Below are positions 50,300 to 62,746 of a stretch of DNA of 64,000 bases, piece after piece. The notes under the pieces are model-generated. The model made no database searches. It saw nothing but the letters and a program-made list of their open reading frames with translations, and was not told where the DNA came from. The stretch lies in assembly GCA_043228905.1 (NCBI GenBank), contig JBHGNT010000007.1, positions 22,258,001 to 22,322,000 on the forward strand. Direction: 5' to 3'. This DNA comes from Azolla caroliniana (Eukaryota > Plantae > Polypodiophyta). Position 1 is the stretch's first letter. The number at the start of each line of letters is the position of its first letter. The position numbers were made by a program, and so were the translations under genes.

Positions 50300-51291
50300 T
50301 GCATGACAAACCGGATGGTGAATCAATGCATTTGAAGATCATGAAAGGTCCAGAAATCATGGGGCTTGTTTAGCGCACTTACCCATAAACAATGTCTTAG
50401 ATTCATGAGGTACACATAGAAATATAATTGGCATAAAAATGCACTCTATGTTGATCCATTTTTATATTATCTTGTGCAATATGCAACATATCTTGCATAT
50501 CCGAATGTACTTCTCAACTCGTCATGATATTAACATCGTTGGGGCTCTTCGCTGAAAGACATACATCAACATAAAAGGGAATATACCCCCTTGATGTGTG
50601 CTTGGAGTTGTTATAAGCAAACTCCAAAATTGGGAGATAGTGTTCCCTTGTGGGCTTCACAACAACATATGCATGAAGCATATACTCATTAATTTTATTT
50701 ACTTGTTCTGTTTTTCCATCAAATTTAGGGTGGTTTGTGGAGCTCATGCGCAAGGTTGTTTCTAACTTCTTAAAGATTTATGTGCAAAAATCACTAGTAA
50801 ACTCTTAATTCTCATCACTCACAATATCTATCGGTAACCCATAAAGGTAAAATAACTCTTCAACAAATTGGTAAGCCAAATCAGAAGCAATTACTATGGT
50901 TTTAACTGTAATAAATGTGTCCATCTTAGTTAATCTATCATTAATTAAGAAATGGTTGTAGGAGCTTTTCGAGTGCAACAATAAACTATTGCCCCATGGA
51001 TATACTTTCCAATTTACTATTGGGAAAGTTCACAAGAAGTAAAAGGTCCACAACTTTAAGCCGTTTGACTTTGTTAACCTCGCATTGGTAACATTTAGTC
51101 ACATAACTATGGTACTTTCCTTGGAGGTGATCATAAAGATTTCATGTTATTTCGTTGAAGCAAGCATGCTGACTTCACGAATACAACGAAGTGCATCAAT
51201 GACAGTGTTCATGGAACCCTTAAAATATCATATGAAAAAATCAAAGTCTTGGATGAGATTTGACTATTGTACCTTATAACCAAAAATGTAT
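50300..51291 (-). mobile_element. Old degenerate Ty3/gypsy integrase / RNase H remnant (left part), interrupted by the 51292 element
   Basis: LRMSSTNHPKFDGKTEQVN..LPILEFAYNNSKH is integrase-like. LIQDFDF..YFKGSMNTVIDAL is the end of RNase H. Confidence 0.7.
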
Positions 51292-51774
51292 TGTTACCCG
51301 TTCCTTTGGGTGAACACCTTCGATAGACCTGCGGCTATCGGTATCCAAGGGCGTGGTACGTGAAGGCTCGTAAACAGAGGCGTCGTGAGGGAGAAAATAA
51401 TCAGAGATAAAACACTAGCGAGATCTTGATAGGCGTGGACGACACTGAAATCATAAGTACGAGCCAAAGCACAAACACATGGAGCAAGATGGGCACAAAT
51501 AAGATATATTACTACAACACCAAAAGGATTATAGAACACGGCCTACGGCCGGTGACCTTACAGGATTATCTAGTTATGATGGACTATGCTAGTGCTTCCG
51601 CCTATATTTTCTGCCCTCTCTCTGAGGTACTGGACCTCATTTAAATAACGTTTCCCTAATACACAGCCGAGCCCGTGATACTCGGACTCGGCGTTCGCTG
51701 GCGTTCTTACCTACTCGGTTACACTACCGCCGTTCGCTAATTTCCAAATTTACATTTCTGTCCTTTGGACAACA
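51292..51774 (-). repeat. 3' LTR
   Basis: Direct repeat of 60557-61039, with a minus-strand TATA-like TATTTAAA. Confidence 0.95.
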
Positions 51775-51776
51775 CC

Positions 51777-51863
51777 TGGCACGCCCGTGGGACAGGACCT
51801 TGTCCATCGGACCCACGATTTACGAAATAATCACAAAGTTACAAAAATTGCCCTTTAGGCGTG
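51777..51863 (-). ncRNA. Putative tRNA-like structure ending in CCA, at the position normally occupied by the PPT
   Basis: The minus strand reads CACGCCT-AAAGGGCAATTTTTGTAACTTT-GT-GATTATTTCGTAAATC-GTGGG-TCCGATGGACAAGGTCCTGT-CCCAC-GGGCGTG-CCA. Four potential stems were folded by eye. It ends 2 nt before the 3' LTR. Confidence 0.55.
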
Positions 51864-51902
51864 ATCCTCGTTCTATTCCGCTTCTAAGATGTCCAGGATG
51901 GT

Positions 51903-54900
51903 TTAGGGGTCCGGGGTGGTGGCAGGGTGGTCTGGTTGTGGCGTCAGTGCGGGGGGTTGAGTCGAGGCCTGGGGTGTTATCTCTTCTTGGGAGTCCTCCT
52001 TCGGTGCGGCTGATTCTGGTGGTGGTGTGGGTTCGAGCGGGCTGACCTCTCCTTCGACCGGGTCTGGTACCGTGTGGGCGTCCTCGGGAGGTTTGTTGGC
52101 CGGAGCGAGTTCCTCCTGTGTCGCGTCCGTGATCTCCTCGCTAGGAGGTTCTTCCTTTTGTTTTGTGGCCGTTGGAGGGCTGGTTGGGATGGCTGCGAGT
52201 CGTTCACATTCGAGGGCTTCCGCTTCTAGGCGAAACAACATCTGATCGTCATTGAAGTCCTCCAACATTTGCTCGATTGCCGCGGTGTGAGATTTCGCCA
52301 AGAAATGATAATCCTCGGTTAAATCTGCACGGAGGTTTTGGATGCCGGCTTCATCCAATTTATAAAAGCCGCGGCCCTCCTTCCGTCGGTTCTCGGCGTC
52401 AGTGCGTAAAATATGCAATTCGGCAACTTGGGCTGCCCATTCTTCTCTTGCGCGACTTAATGTTTCCTCCACCTTTTTGGTGAGGTGCTGGAGTTGTTTC
52501 TCGATCAATATCCTGATGCGTGTCTCATCCATGCCGGGCTGTGCCCGGACGGCTGCCGACTCTTCTTTTAATCCATTGACCTCAGCCTGAAGCTTCGCTG
52601 CGAGGAGTTCATAAGTGGCTTGAGTGTTCTTTGCTTCCGCGGTTATGAGCTAGATAGACTGCTCGTAATGCTTGGTGAGCTCTTCGGTAGCTCCCTCCCA
52701 TTCTTTTTTACACTTGGCCCAGACTTGTTCCCGTTCGACGATTCTCTCTTCTTGTGGGGCGAGGTAGGAGTTTGATAGTTCGTCTTTTTGCTCCGAAAGC
52801 AGCTTGCATTTTATGAAAAACTCGTCAGCCATTTCTTTAAAGGACAGACGCTGACTCTGTAGCTCGGTATTCTCCGTGACCATTTTCTCCTCCCGTTGGC
52901 GATTTCTTTCCTCCTCCCGGTGGTTCCATTCTTTCGCATAGTCGAGCGCGGCCTGTAGGTCTAGGACCTCCTTCTCTTTCTCTGCCACGGTGGCCGCGCA
53001 TTCCTCCAGCTTGCGTTTGAGTTCTGCTTCTTTGACTGCGGCTTGCTCTTGTAACCTTTGCCCGGCCTGGGCTTTAAGCTCGGCCATCCGTTTGGAGGCT
53101 TCTTCTTTTAAACGAGCCATGGCGTCTTGATGCCGTTGTTCGTGTTGCTCGGTCCGCCGTTGTTCTTCTTTAAGCTCCGCTCGGTAATCCCGGAGCGGGG
53201 GTTCTGTCTAGGTTGCCACCTCCTTGGTTGGATGGGGTGGTGTCTCTATCTTCTCCATGGGCGTGACCGACTTGGTTGTTGTGAAGGCATTGACCATTTG
53301 TAACGAGTCCGTGAGTGTGCTGGCCTGGATTGTCAGGATTGAATCTATGACGGTGCTTCCATCTATCATCGTTATGCTTGGAGGGGCTTGGTTGCTATGT
53401 TTCGGGGAGGGGGCTGGGAGTGCCTCGGTAGTCGGGGTCGGAAGGTGCAAGAGTTGCTGTTTTGGTCGGTTTTGCTCCCAGGCTGCCAGTTTCTGTTCTG
53501 CAGCGTGCCATAACTCCGTAGCCACCTTGGCTATTTTGATCTTTCGGGCCATGTCTTTGGCTGCCCGCGTAGTGCGATCCAGGTCCCTATATGCCTCGAT
53601 TAGGGCCGTGTTCAGCTCGGGGACCTCGATGAGGAGAGCGGTGTGTTTTGCTTGCTTCTTCCTCCCTATTTTTTGTAGAGCCCTGTCGTCCTTGGGCTCA
53701 ATTTCACCTAATAGCGCGCGTTGAATCATTTTTGTTTCAGCATGCTCTTCCGCCATTCGAGCGGTTGCCGCGACTTGTGCTCTAGCGAGGAAGTCGACTA
53801 GCTCGAATGTCGTGCCGAGGCGGAGCAGCGCACTAAACTCGTATGCCTCTGCGGGGAGGTCTTTATAACCGAGGACTTCATCCTCCGAGATCTGCGTTGT
53901 TTGCCCACGCTCGATCTTTCCCTGGTTAAGTGATGCCTCTACAGGGACGATGGCCAGGTTGCTCTGGTTGACAACTAAAGCTTGCTCCTGTTGTGGCCCT
54001 TTCTGTTCTATCGAGGGCTCGCGGTTGAGTCGTCTTTTCTTGCAAGGTTGCGTTTGGGCTTCCGGGGCCGGTGGTGTCGTTTCCTCCGCCTGCTTCCTTT
54101 TCAGGGGCCGTGGTAGTGCTGCCTGCTGAGTGTTGGGGCGTGGGCTTGGCTCTGGAGGAGTTACCGAGGGACGTGGCGTTGGCTGTCGAATGGTGACATC
54201 GTCGGCCATGTTATCCTCGGTGCCAGTCTCCTCCTCCCATTCTTGGTAGGTATCAGGAACTGCCCTTTTTTGTTGGGGTTGGGTGGGTGGTGATGCCAAT
54301 GCGAGGTTTTGGTCGGCGGCAGGAGGTGAAGGCGGTGTTGGCTCTTCCCATGCTTCGTGGCTGAGGGCAACCAATTTCTCCTTCTTCCTTCGTGGTGGTG
54401 GTGGGGACATGAGTGCCCGAGGGGAAGGAAGAGAAGAGGGTGGGTATAGAACCGTCAAAAAGTGGGTAAGAACAGACAACATCTTCTTACCTGACTGGAA
54501 TGAGGTTAAGGCGGCGCGGAGTCCTTTGCCTATGATGATTCCCTAGTCGATTATGTTCCCTTCACAGGCACTAATGATGATGGCGGCCTTGTTCTGTGGC
54601 ATGCTCATCGGGTTCTTATGCACGAACGCATACTCCATCAATATCTGAGCAATCTCCCCGAAAGCTCTGCTGGGGCCGCCATACGTGCGGTATGCCTTCC
54701 CTGAGTCAAAGTACTCACCGAAGTACTCTTTCAGCTTCGTTGCCGGGGGTATGTCGACATCATGGTCACCTCCCCGTTGCAGGTCCAAAGCAGCCCGAAG
54801 CACGTTGTTGGTGATGGCTTCAGGAGAAATACGTCTAGCCACTGCTTGGGCGTCCGGGTGCGCGGGGGCATCGATGATCTTCAGGTAACCTCCCATTCCT

Positions 54901-54947
54901 CGTTCCTGAAGCCAGGCACGGGTTTCTGATGAAGCAGTGAGAGGCAT
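51903..54947 (-). pseudogene. Extra sense-strand ORF downstream of pol (about 1015 codons), broken by three in-frame stops
   Basis: ORFs 54543-55244, 53208-54482, 52650-53120 and 51903-52532 are all in one frame. It has an N-terminal globular domain (..EGNIID*GIIIG.., W expected), a Pro-rich linker, basic NLS-like clusters and a long coiled-coil region. Confidence 0.8.
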
Positions 54948-55430
54948 GATGGAGTGTGCCTGCGTGGAAGAATGAGGCAGAGTGATGAGGCGAGGGTGAG
55001 ACAGAGAAGGAACAGATGACAGGCGAGGTGCTGCGGAGGGGCTGTGGGGGCGAAAGAGCGTTTGAGAGCCAGAGCGTTTAGGGCGATGAGAGCGAGAAGG
55101 AGCTTCAGAGCTTAACAACAATGGAGGTTGGGAGCGATAATGAGCTTCTGTGCATGTGCTACGTTTTGGAAACGGTTTTAGTATCTTACTCCTAGGGTTT
55201 TGTGCCAGAAAGGAATCCTGAATATTCTGAGGCGTGGGTGCCATAATAAGTGACTAGCGCCACGTGTCCTGAAGGTGAGTGGGGTGCTTCGAGTGCTGTG
55301 CATGGGCCTTAAATAAGTACTAAATGAGAGGTGGCTAGGGGTGCTTCTAAATTGTGGGTGCCTAGGTGGGTGGTGTAGGTGTAGCTAATTGACGGCTAAA
55401 CTATGGTTAATCCTACCTACTTTATTAATT

Positions 55431-58400
55431 TCAAAGTGGGTGGGTCCTTATCGGGGGGGACACGTGGCCTCCTCCGTGGTGGTCTCCCGAAGCTCGTTTG
55501 TGTCGTGCGGCTCGGTAAACGGGTTGAGTGGTGTAGTGCCTCGATATGGTCGAAGTCGGAAACCATTGGCCCAACGCTTGACAATGTCGCCGGCGAGTGT
55601 GCCGAGCTAGAACGTCCCGTTGAACTCGTCGATAATCCAGAATGGACCGGTCCACCGAAATCTTAACTTTCCCGACATTGACCCGAGTCGTGTTTGAAAA
55701 AGAAGAACAGGTTTGCCGAGGGTGAGCTCCTTCTCCAGCCCTTTTCGATGTCGATCCACGAAAGCCTTCCGTTGTCGTTGGCATTGTTCGAGCTGGGCCA
55801 TGCTCTCTATCCTGTCTTCGCCGAGTTCGAGGAGTTGTTCCAGCTGGTATTGCTCGGATTGGGCTTCGGGGAGCCGTGCTTTGACTTGAACTCGGAGGCT
55901 CGGGACTTGGAACTCGACGGGCATCACGGCTTCTAACCCGAATGCCATTCGAAACGGGTTGTTTGGATGCTCGTTTTGAAAGTCGTACAATACGCCCAAA
56001 GTGCGCTCTTGAGCTTGTCATCCCAATCGGTCCTGTTTTTATTGTCGATTTTCTTTAGTATGGTTTGGAGGATTTTATTGGTCGATTCCGCCAAGCCGTT
56101 CGCTTGCGGGTAGTATGGTGTGCTTTTCTTGTGCACCACCGCGTAGTGGTGTGTAAGCTCACGTATTATATGATTGATGAAGTGTCCACCTTGGTCACTA
56201 ACGAGCTCGATTGGGCATCCATAACAGCACCAAAGATGCTCGTACACGAATTTAGCCGTGGTTGCCGCCGTGTTGTCTCAGAGAGCTTTAGCCTCGACCC
56301 ATTTGGTGCAGTAGTCCGTGGCCACGATAATATACCTATTCCCTGTACGGGCCGCGGGTGGCTTGAAAGGGCCTACAAAATCCAAACCCCATTTTTGAAA
56401 TGGGTCTAACAGGAGAATCGGCTGGTGTGGCATCCGTGATTGTTCCATTGGTTGCCCCAATCGTTGGCACAAATCACACTGTCGGCAAAACTCGTGAGCA
56501 TCTTTCTTCGTTGTCGACCACCACAATCTGTTTTGCCAAACCTTCCTTGCCGTGGAATCCCCGGTGTAATGTCCCCCCGCTACTCCCTGGTGGGCCTCCT
56601 GAAGAACGACGTTCTTCTCGAAATGCCGAATCGCTCGGCGCCATATGCCGTCCAAGCCTTTGCGGTAAAGAATGTCCGAGACGAGGCAAAAATTCCGGCT
56701 GCGTACTGCTAGGCATTTTCTCGCGTCAAGGGGCATGTGCTCGGGAGGGAGGCCGGTACTGAGAAAATGGGTCATCTCCGTGATCCATTCATCTTCGTTA
56801 TCGTCTGGCATCGTGGTCAGGTTAAATAAGCTGGCATTCGGTAAATCGTCGTACGTTGTTTCCACCGGTTCCCCTGATTCAAGACAGCTCAAGTAGTCGG
56901 CGACGGCGTGTTGTACCCTGGGTCAATGCTGAATCTGGAAATCAAATTCTTGGAGTAGGAGCATCCACCGAGCCAACCGTCCGGTGAGGGCTTGTTTATT
57001 GACCAAATAAAGAAGGGCCGAGTGATCCACGTGAAAGGTAAACTTCCGACCCAAGAGGTAATGCCGGAATTTATTGATACTATAAATCATACTGAGGGCC
57101 TCTCGCTCGGTGGTGGAGTAGTGCTTTTCCGCGGTTGAGAGCCGTCGGCTGGCGTAGTACACGAGCCTATACCAATTCAGGAGTGTACATTGCATCAGGG
57201 CGCTTCCAATGGCGATGTCCGAGGCATCCACGAAGACATGGAATGGTTTGGACCAAACCGGGGGCTGGACCACCGGGGCATGTGAGAGCATTAGTTTCAG
57301 GGTTTGGTAAGCTGTGTCCTCGGTTGACGTCCATTGGAAGGGAAGGCGATGGACTACTGCGTGTAAAGGTGTTGCAAAATCGGCCAAATGCCGTATCATT
57401 TGGCTGTGCCACTTGATTTGTCCCAAAAATTGGCTTAGTGCCTTTGCATTCGAGGGTGCGGGGGCGGTCAGGATGGTTTTTACTTTATCCGGGTCCATAG
57501 CGATGCCTTCTTGACTGACAATGTGGCCGAGAAGGTTGCCGCTGGTGACTAAGAACGCGCATTTCGCCGGGTTTAAGCTTAATCGAGCCTGGCGACATCG
57601 GTCCAGACAGAGTTGCAGCTGGGTCATGTGTTCCCGTTGATGGCCATACACGGCGAAATCGTCGAGAAAGACTTGCATGAACGCCGGGATGTAGTCGTGA
57701 AAGATTTTGGTGATGATGCGCTGGAACGTAGCCGGCGCCGTTTTTAGACCGAACATCATTACTTCTGCCACAAAAACACCCCATTCTGTGACGAATGCTG
57801 TTTTTTCTTGATCCTCCGGGTGCATTCTTATCTAGTTATAGCCGCTGAACCCGTCGAGGAAACTGTAGCATTCGTGGCCTGCTACCGTGTCGAGGACGCT
57901 GTCCGTGAACGGGAGAGGGAAACCGTCGGTCACCGTGGCCGCGTTAAGCTTCCGATAGTCAACGTAGACTCGGATTTTTCCGTTCTTCTTTGGGACGACT
58001 ACGATCGGGCTTAACCACGTGGCTTGTTTGACAGGGCGAATGAAACCAACTCGGAGTAGTTTGTCGATTTCCTCTTTGACTTTAGCGGCGTAGTTGGGGT
58101 TCATCTTGTAGCGCCTTTGCTGAACCGGCCGAGTGTCGGGTAAGTGGTGGATTTGATGTTGGTAGTATTGAGGGTCCAGCCCCTTCATATCGGTGTAAGA
58201 CCAAGCGAAAACATCTTGGTAGTCGGTGAGCAGTCGTACGAGGGATGCCCGTTCCCCGGTTGGTAGATTATTGGCAATTTGTAACGTACGAGGATTCTCG
58301 TCCGAGCCGAGGTTTATCGTTTCCAGTGTTGATGCTTTGACCCGTTGTGAAATGGCGAGCTCGCGTTCGAAAGCATCCTGAGCATGGCGTAGCTCTGCAA

Positions 58401-59290
58401 CTGTGGTTGGATCCGGTTCATCTTGGGGCAGTGATTCCTTCGTGACTTCTTTGTCTTTAGGTGACTCGATGGTTGGTATGGCGTTGATTTCGAAGAGTGG
58501 GATGATCGTGGGATGATCCTCTAGGAAGTCATCGACCTCCTCATCGGCCAAACCGTTGAGCATATGGACCCCCTCCGCGTATAACGGCGAAGCGTTGAGG
58601 ACCGCGGGGACGCGTTCTTCTGTGATAATTCGGACCTTTGTCTTGCCTCGGCGGAACGAGATCATGTTGCGTTGCCAATGCTGCTTGATATTCACTGTAC
58701 GCAACCATGGTCTACCTAGAAACATTGGGTAGGCGCCTTGTGTCTCCAGTCTTAGCACGACGGCCGAGATTGTGAACATGTGGCCTTTGAGTGTGAAGTT
58801 GAGGTGGAGGATTAAACCAATGGGGCGAACGGAGCGGGTGTCGGCCATCCGAAGCCACAAGGGGCACGGTTCCCATTGATTTAGGCCGAGGTTGTGACAA
58901 GTTGTCTCGCTAATAACATTTACGCCAGATCCGCCGTCTATGATGCATCCGTGCAAGTCTTGTCCTTTAATGATGATTTGCATAGTTGGGTTCTGAGAAT
59001 CCATGAGTGGTGGACCTGTGCCTGGTTCGTTGAGGTGAACCGGTGGCGTTACGGGCTTAGTATTGGCCTGGAGTGCAGCCAGGGTGTCCCGAAATCTCGG
59101 CATGAGTGGTAACAGCTTATGTAGGGGCACCGAGATGCGGGAGTTGGTAAGAGCATCCCATAGTTGGTTGTCCTCCTCCGACGTGGATGGTACCGAGGTT
59201 TGTGGTGCTCCACTGGGCCCGTCTCTCATGTCAGTTTGCATGCGCACGACATTATTTTTATTGGCCGTGTCGATCCATTCTTTTGTTGCC
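55431..59290 (-). pseudogene. pol: pol (PR-RT-RH-INT) with stops and frameshifts
   Basis: Fragments 57832-59247, 56923-57825, 56278-56892, 55933-56247 and 55607-55999 carry consecutive pol motifs. No archaeal-type RNase H insert was seen between RH and INT. Confidence 0.9.
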
Positions 59291-59378
59291 TGAAGGACTT
59301 CATCCTAGATTTGCCATTGTGTAGTCTGCGCTTTACTCCGGGTAGTGACGATTTGAACATCGGCCATGATACTATTCA

Positions 59379-60480
59379 TTACGGGTGCCTTGCCACGGTC
59401 GGTTGTTGGGCATTGCGTGACGTAGTGGCCTGGTTGGTTACATTTAAAACACGTAACGTTGGCCGAGCTGCTAGTGTCCGCTCGGTCTGTGTGTGGAAGC
59501 TGTTGCTGTTGATTCCCAGTCTCGTTTGGTGGTGGGTTGGTCCGAGGTGCATTGGAATTGCGCTAGTCATTTTGAGGAGCGTCCCGTCGGCGGTTGTCGT
59601 TATGTCTTCTATTGTTGCGTGAGTTGCAGTTGCCGTTTCGCCGATCATTGCGTGAGTTCCGTCGTTCATACCGGTCATCGCGATCGTCATCATATCGAGC
59701 ATAATCATCGTGCCGATCATCGCGATAGTGATCACGACGGTCATCACGTCGGTAGTCGTCATCTCAGTGCCGTCGATCCGGGGATCGCGGTCGGTCGCTA
59801 TCCTGGTCTCGGTAGGCATATTGCTCGTCTTGCCGAGAGTATGTATTTCTTGGCTCGATCTGGCGGACCGGTGCCGCCGTTGTGCGGTTCAGCATATTAT
59901 ATTCGCACTGCTCGACAGTGTGAGCTCGAGACTAACAGATCGGACACTGTGGCCGGTGGGGACATTCGAGGGCCAGGTGCCCTGATCCTGAACACACCGT
60001 GCATTGGAGAGCTTGGCGAAAGCGATTGTCCTCTTGGGGAAGAGCGTTTTGTAAGGATGTCATCGAGAAGGCCACGCCGTGCTGGGTCCGATCGAGGGCG
60101 AGAACCCACGCTATGACCTGTTCGATAGTATGGTTGGCGAAATTTGTAAGTGCGAGAGTCGTTTGGAGAGGCTCTCGTAAACTGGACAGGAAAGTGTCCG
60201 GTATATGTTGTGCCGAGAGATCATCGGCCACTTGTCTGTAGATATCCTGGAACCGAATTGTGAACTGCGCGGTTCTTGGCATATAGAGAAGAATTGCCGG
60301 AGCAGTTCCCGTTTAGGCACCTCGCGATGAAAAAGTTCAAGGAACTTTGTGCGCACGATTTGGAAAGTGGTGGCCTCCGATTGCTCGGGAAAGGATTGGT
60401 CAGTGACTACCGAGTCGGAAGTTCCTTCGACTGGCTCAGGGCGTCGGGCAGGTGGCCGAGACCTCGTGGTGCGAGGGGGC
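59379..60480 (-). pseudogene. gag: gag with several Cys/His knuckles and an Arg/Asp-rich repeat
   Basis: Contains MRTKFLELFHR, CTVCSGSGHLALECP, CPIC and CFKCNQPGHYVTQCP, with frameshifts. Confidence 0.75.
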
Positions 60481-60556
60481 GCCGTAACGGCGGCTAGTGG
60501 TTACCTTCAACGAAGTTCGATGTGCACTCATAGCTATAACTGGGCGTGCCAAATTG

Positions 60557-61039
60557 TGTTACCTGTTCCTTTGGGTGAACACCTTCGATAGACCTGCGGC
60601 TATCGGTATCCAAGGGCGTGGTACATGAAGGCTCGTAAACAGAGGCGTCGTGAGGGAGAAAATAATCAGAGATAAAACACTAGCGAGATCTTGATAGGCG
60701 TGGACGACGTTGAAATCATAAGTATGAGCCAAAGCACAGACACATGGAGCAAGATGGACACAAATCAGATATATTACTGCAACACCAAAAGGATTACAGA
60801 ACATGGCCTACGGCCGGTGACCTTACAGGATTATCTAGTTACGATGGACTATGCTAGTGCTTCCGCCTATATTTTCTGCCCTCTCTCTGAGGTACTGGAC
60901 CTTGTTTAAATAACGTTTCCCTAATACACAACCAAGCCCGTGATACTCGGACTTGGCGTTTGCTGGCGTTTTTACCTACTCGGTTACACTACCGCCGTTC
61001 GCTAATTTCCTAATTTACATTTCTGTCCTCTGGACAACA
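60557..61039 (-). repeat. 5' LTR
   Basis: Direct repeat of 51292-51774, followed on the minus strand by CAATT and the PBS. Confidence 0.95.
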
Positions 61040-61318
61040 TGTATTCTTAGTCACAAAAATATTTTAAGGACTCGTTGTCCATAACTGTTACTATAAAATT
61101 ATTTGCATAAAGATAGTGACACTATGACTTTAGTGTGTGGATGTTAGTGAACAATTTCTTTTCTTGAATTAAATACAAACACTAAGTAGGATCAAGTTTT
61201 TATTTTCAAATGCAATAGACTTACCATCCTGATCATACAAAATAACACCTTCGTCATAATCACTTGAAAAGGTTTGAAGGATCAGGCAAAAGAAGTGAAA
61301 AGTAGGTTGAGGATTGGC
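61040..61318 (-). mobile_element. Old Gypsy RNase H remnant (right part, continuous with 50300-51291 once the insertion is removed)
   Basis: LQTFSSDYDEGVILYDQDGKSIAFENK and HYLYANNFIVTVMDNESLKYF are RNase H-like. Confidence 0.65.
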
Positions 61319-62734
61319 TGACCATGTGCGGTCATCACCGGAATGGAACACGAGTGCATTCAGAATTGAAGCACCAATGGAGTGCATCCGAAACACGATT
61401 GTATGGTTCTCACCAGAGACATGAACATCAATGGGTTTGAGCGACCATGTGTGGTCCTCACCAGAGACACGAACACCAATGGGCGTGAGCGACCATGTGT
61501 GGTCCTCACCGGAGACACGAACACCAACGGGTGTGAGCGACCTTGTGCGGTCCTCACTGGAGACACAAACACCAATGGGCGTGAGGGACCATGTGCGGTC
61601 CTCACGGGAGACACGAACACCAATGGGCGTGAGCGACCCTATATGGTCCTCACCAGGAACTGGAACACTTGACATTGATGAAGGTTAGGCAAAGTAGTGT
61701 TGATGACGACACCAAGAGGTGCTGAAGATGATGATGTCGAAGACGAAGCAATGAGGACAATGATGTTGAGGAAGCATCTCTAGAAGCAATGAGTGTGACC
61801 ATGGCAATGATGGAAACAGAGAAATAGATGAAGAGGATAAGAAACACAGAGATTGAGACGTTGAGGATAAAAAGAAACACAAAAAGATATAGAGGATGAT
61901 AGAAAACACAATGACAAGAACGAAGATGATATTAAGAAACACACAGATAGGGATGATGATGATAAGAAACACATAGATAGAGATGAAAAGGTTGGAAACA
62001 CAGGGAGAAGGATAACAATGACAAACAATGCCGAGATAGGGATGTGGAAGATGATAAGAAGCACAAAGATAGGGATGATGATGATAAGAAACACAGAGAT
62101 AGATATGTGGAGGATGAGGAGAAACTAAAAGATAGAGACAATGATGAGAAGAAACTAGGAGATAGAGATGGCGAGGAAGATAGGAAATGAAGGGATGTTA
62201 ATGACGGTAACTCTAGAAGCAAGGATGGTGATGATGGTAGCTCTAGAAGCAAGGGCGATGACAAAGACGAGTGATGCTTCTAGTTGGAAGGGATTCAAAC
62301 TGTCATGACACACCAACCTCGAACTCAGATGGAGCACGGATGATGGGGCTAAGAGCATGGAACTTAAGAAGTTGGGAACGACACAAGAACATGAAGACAA
62401 AGATGAAGAACGAGACAATATGGCCTAAAAGGAGAATACTAGATTGATGTGTCAATGATTGGTGTTGAATCCCTTGAAAGGGACCAAGGAGGTTACAAGT
62501 ATTTATACCGTGAGTCGAAGTACATGCATTAGAATATTCTAGAACCCTCCAGAACCTTCTAGTTCTAGAACTTTCTAAAAACTCCTAGAACTTGAAATAG
62601 ATAATCTACTAATAATCTACTAAGATATGGAAAACATGATCATGTATTTGGATGTGTTGGTTAAACATAACACTTACTATATACTAGAGGTGAAGAGTTC
62701 AAATCTTGACATAATTGTTGTCATGTTCGTGACA
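61319..62734 (-). repeat. Probable 3' LTR (about 1.4 kb) of a third LTR element, containing a 48-bp tandem array (about 61395-61660)
   Basis: It has TG...CA ends, the PPT GAAGGGGAGGATAA immediately upstream on the minus strand (62748-62735), a minus-strand TATAAATAC at about 62500 and TCTAGAA motifs. The array unit is gaccatgtgtggtcctcaccggagacacgaacaccaatgggcgtgagc. The left boundary is uncertain. Confidence 0.6.
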
Positions 62735-62746
62735 TTATCCTCCCCT

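Larger units (their letters stand above)
51292..61039 (-). mobile_element. Full-length non-chromovirus Ty3/gypsy element (Athila/Tat/Phygy/Selgy superclade), 9.75 kb
   Basis: It has 483-bp TG...CA LTRs (51292-51774 and 60557-61039, about 21 mismatches counted by eye) and a 5-bp TSD TGTAT. The PBS TGGCACGCCCAGT is at 60551-60539. Order is gag, PR (IIDGGSG), RT (YSFLDGFSGYN, FLDD), RH, INT ([22 protein letters not shown]), then a large extra ORF. Confidence 0.96.

Noticed and set aside
51294-51644. ORFs within the LTRs (also 60559-60909)
   Set aside because: They are duplicated only because the LTRs are. They have non-ATG starts and no recognisable domain.
61395-61660. 48-bp repeat array as a CRISPR array or repeat-protein gene (ORFs 61169-61675, 61382-61672)
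   Set aside because: The units are head-to-tail with no unique spacers, the context is eukaryotic, and the array lies inside a probable LTR. The ORFs are by-products of a stop-free 48-bp unit.
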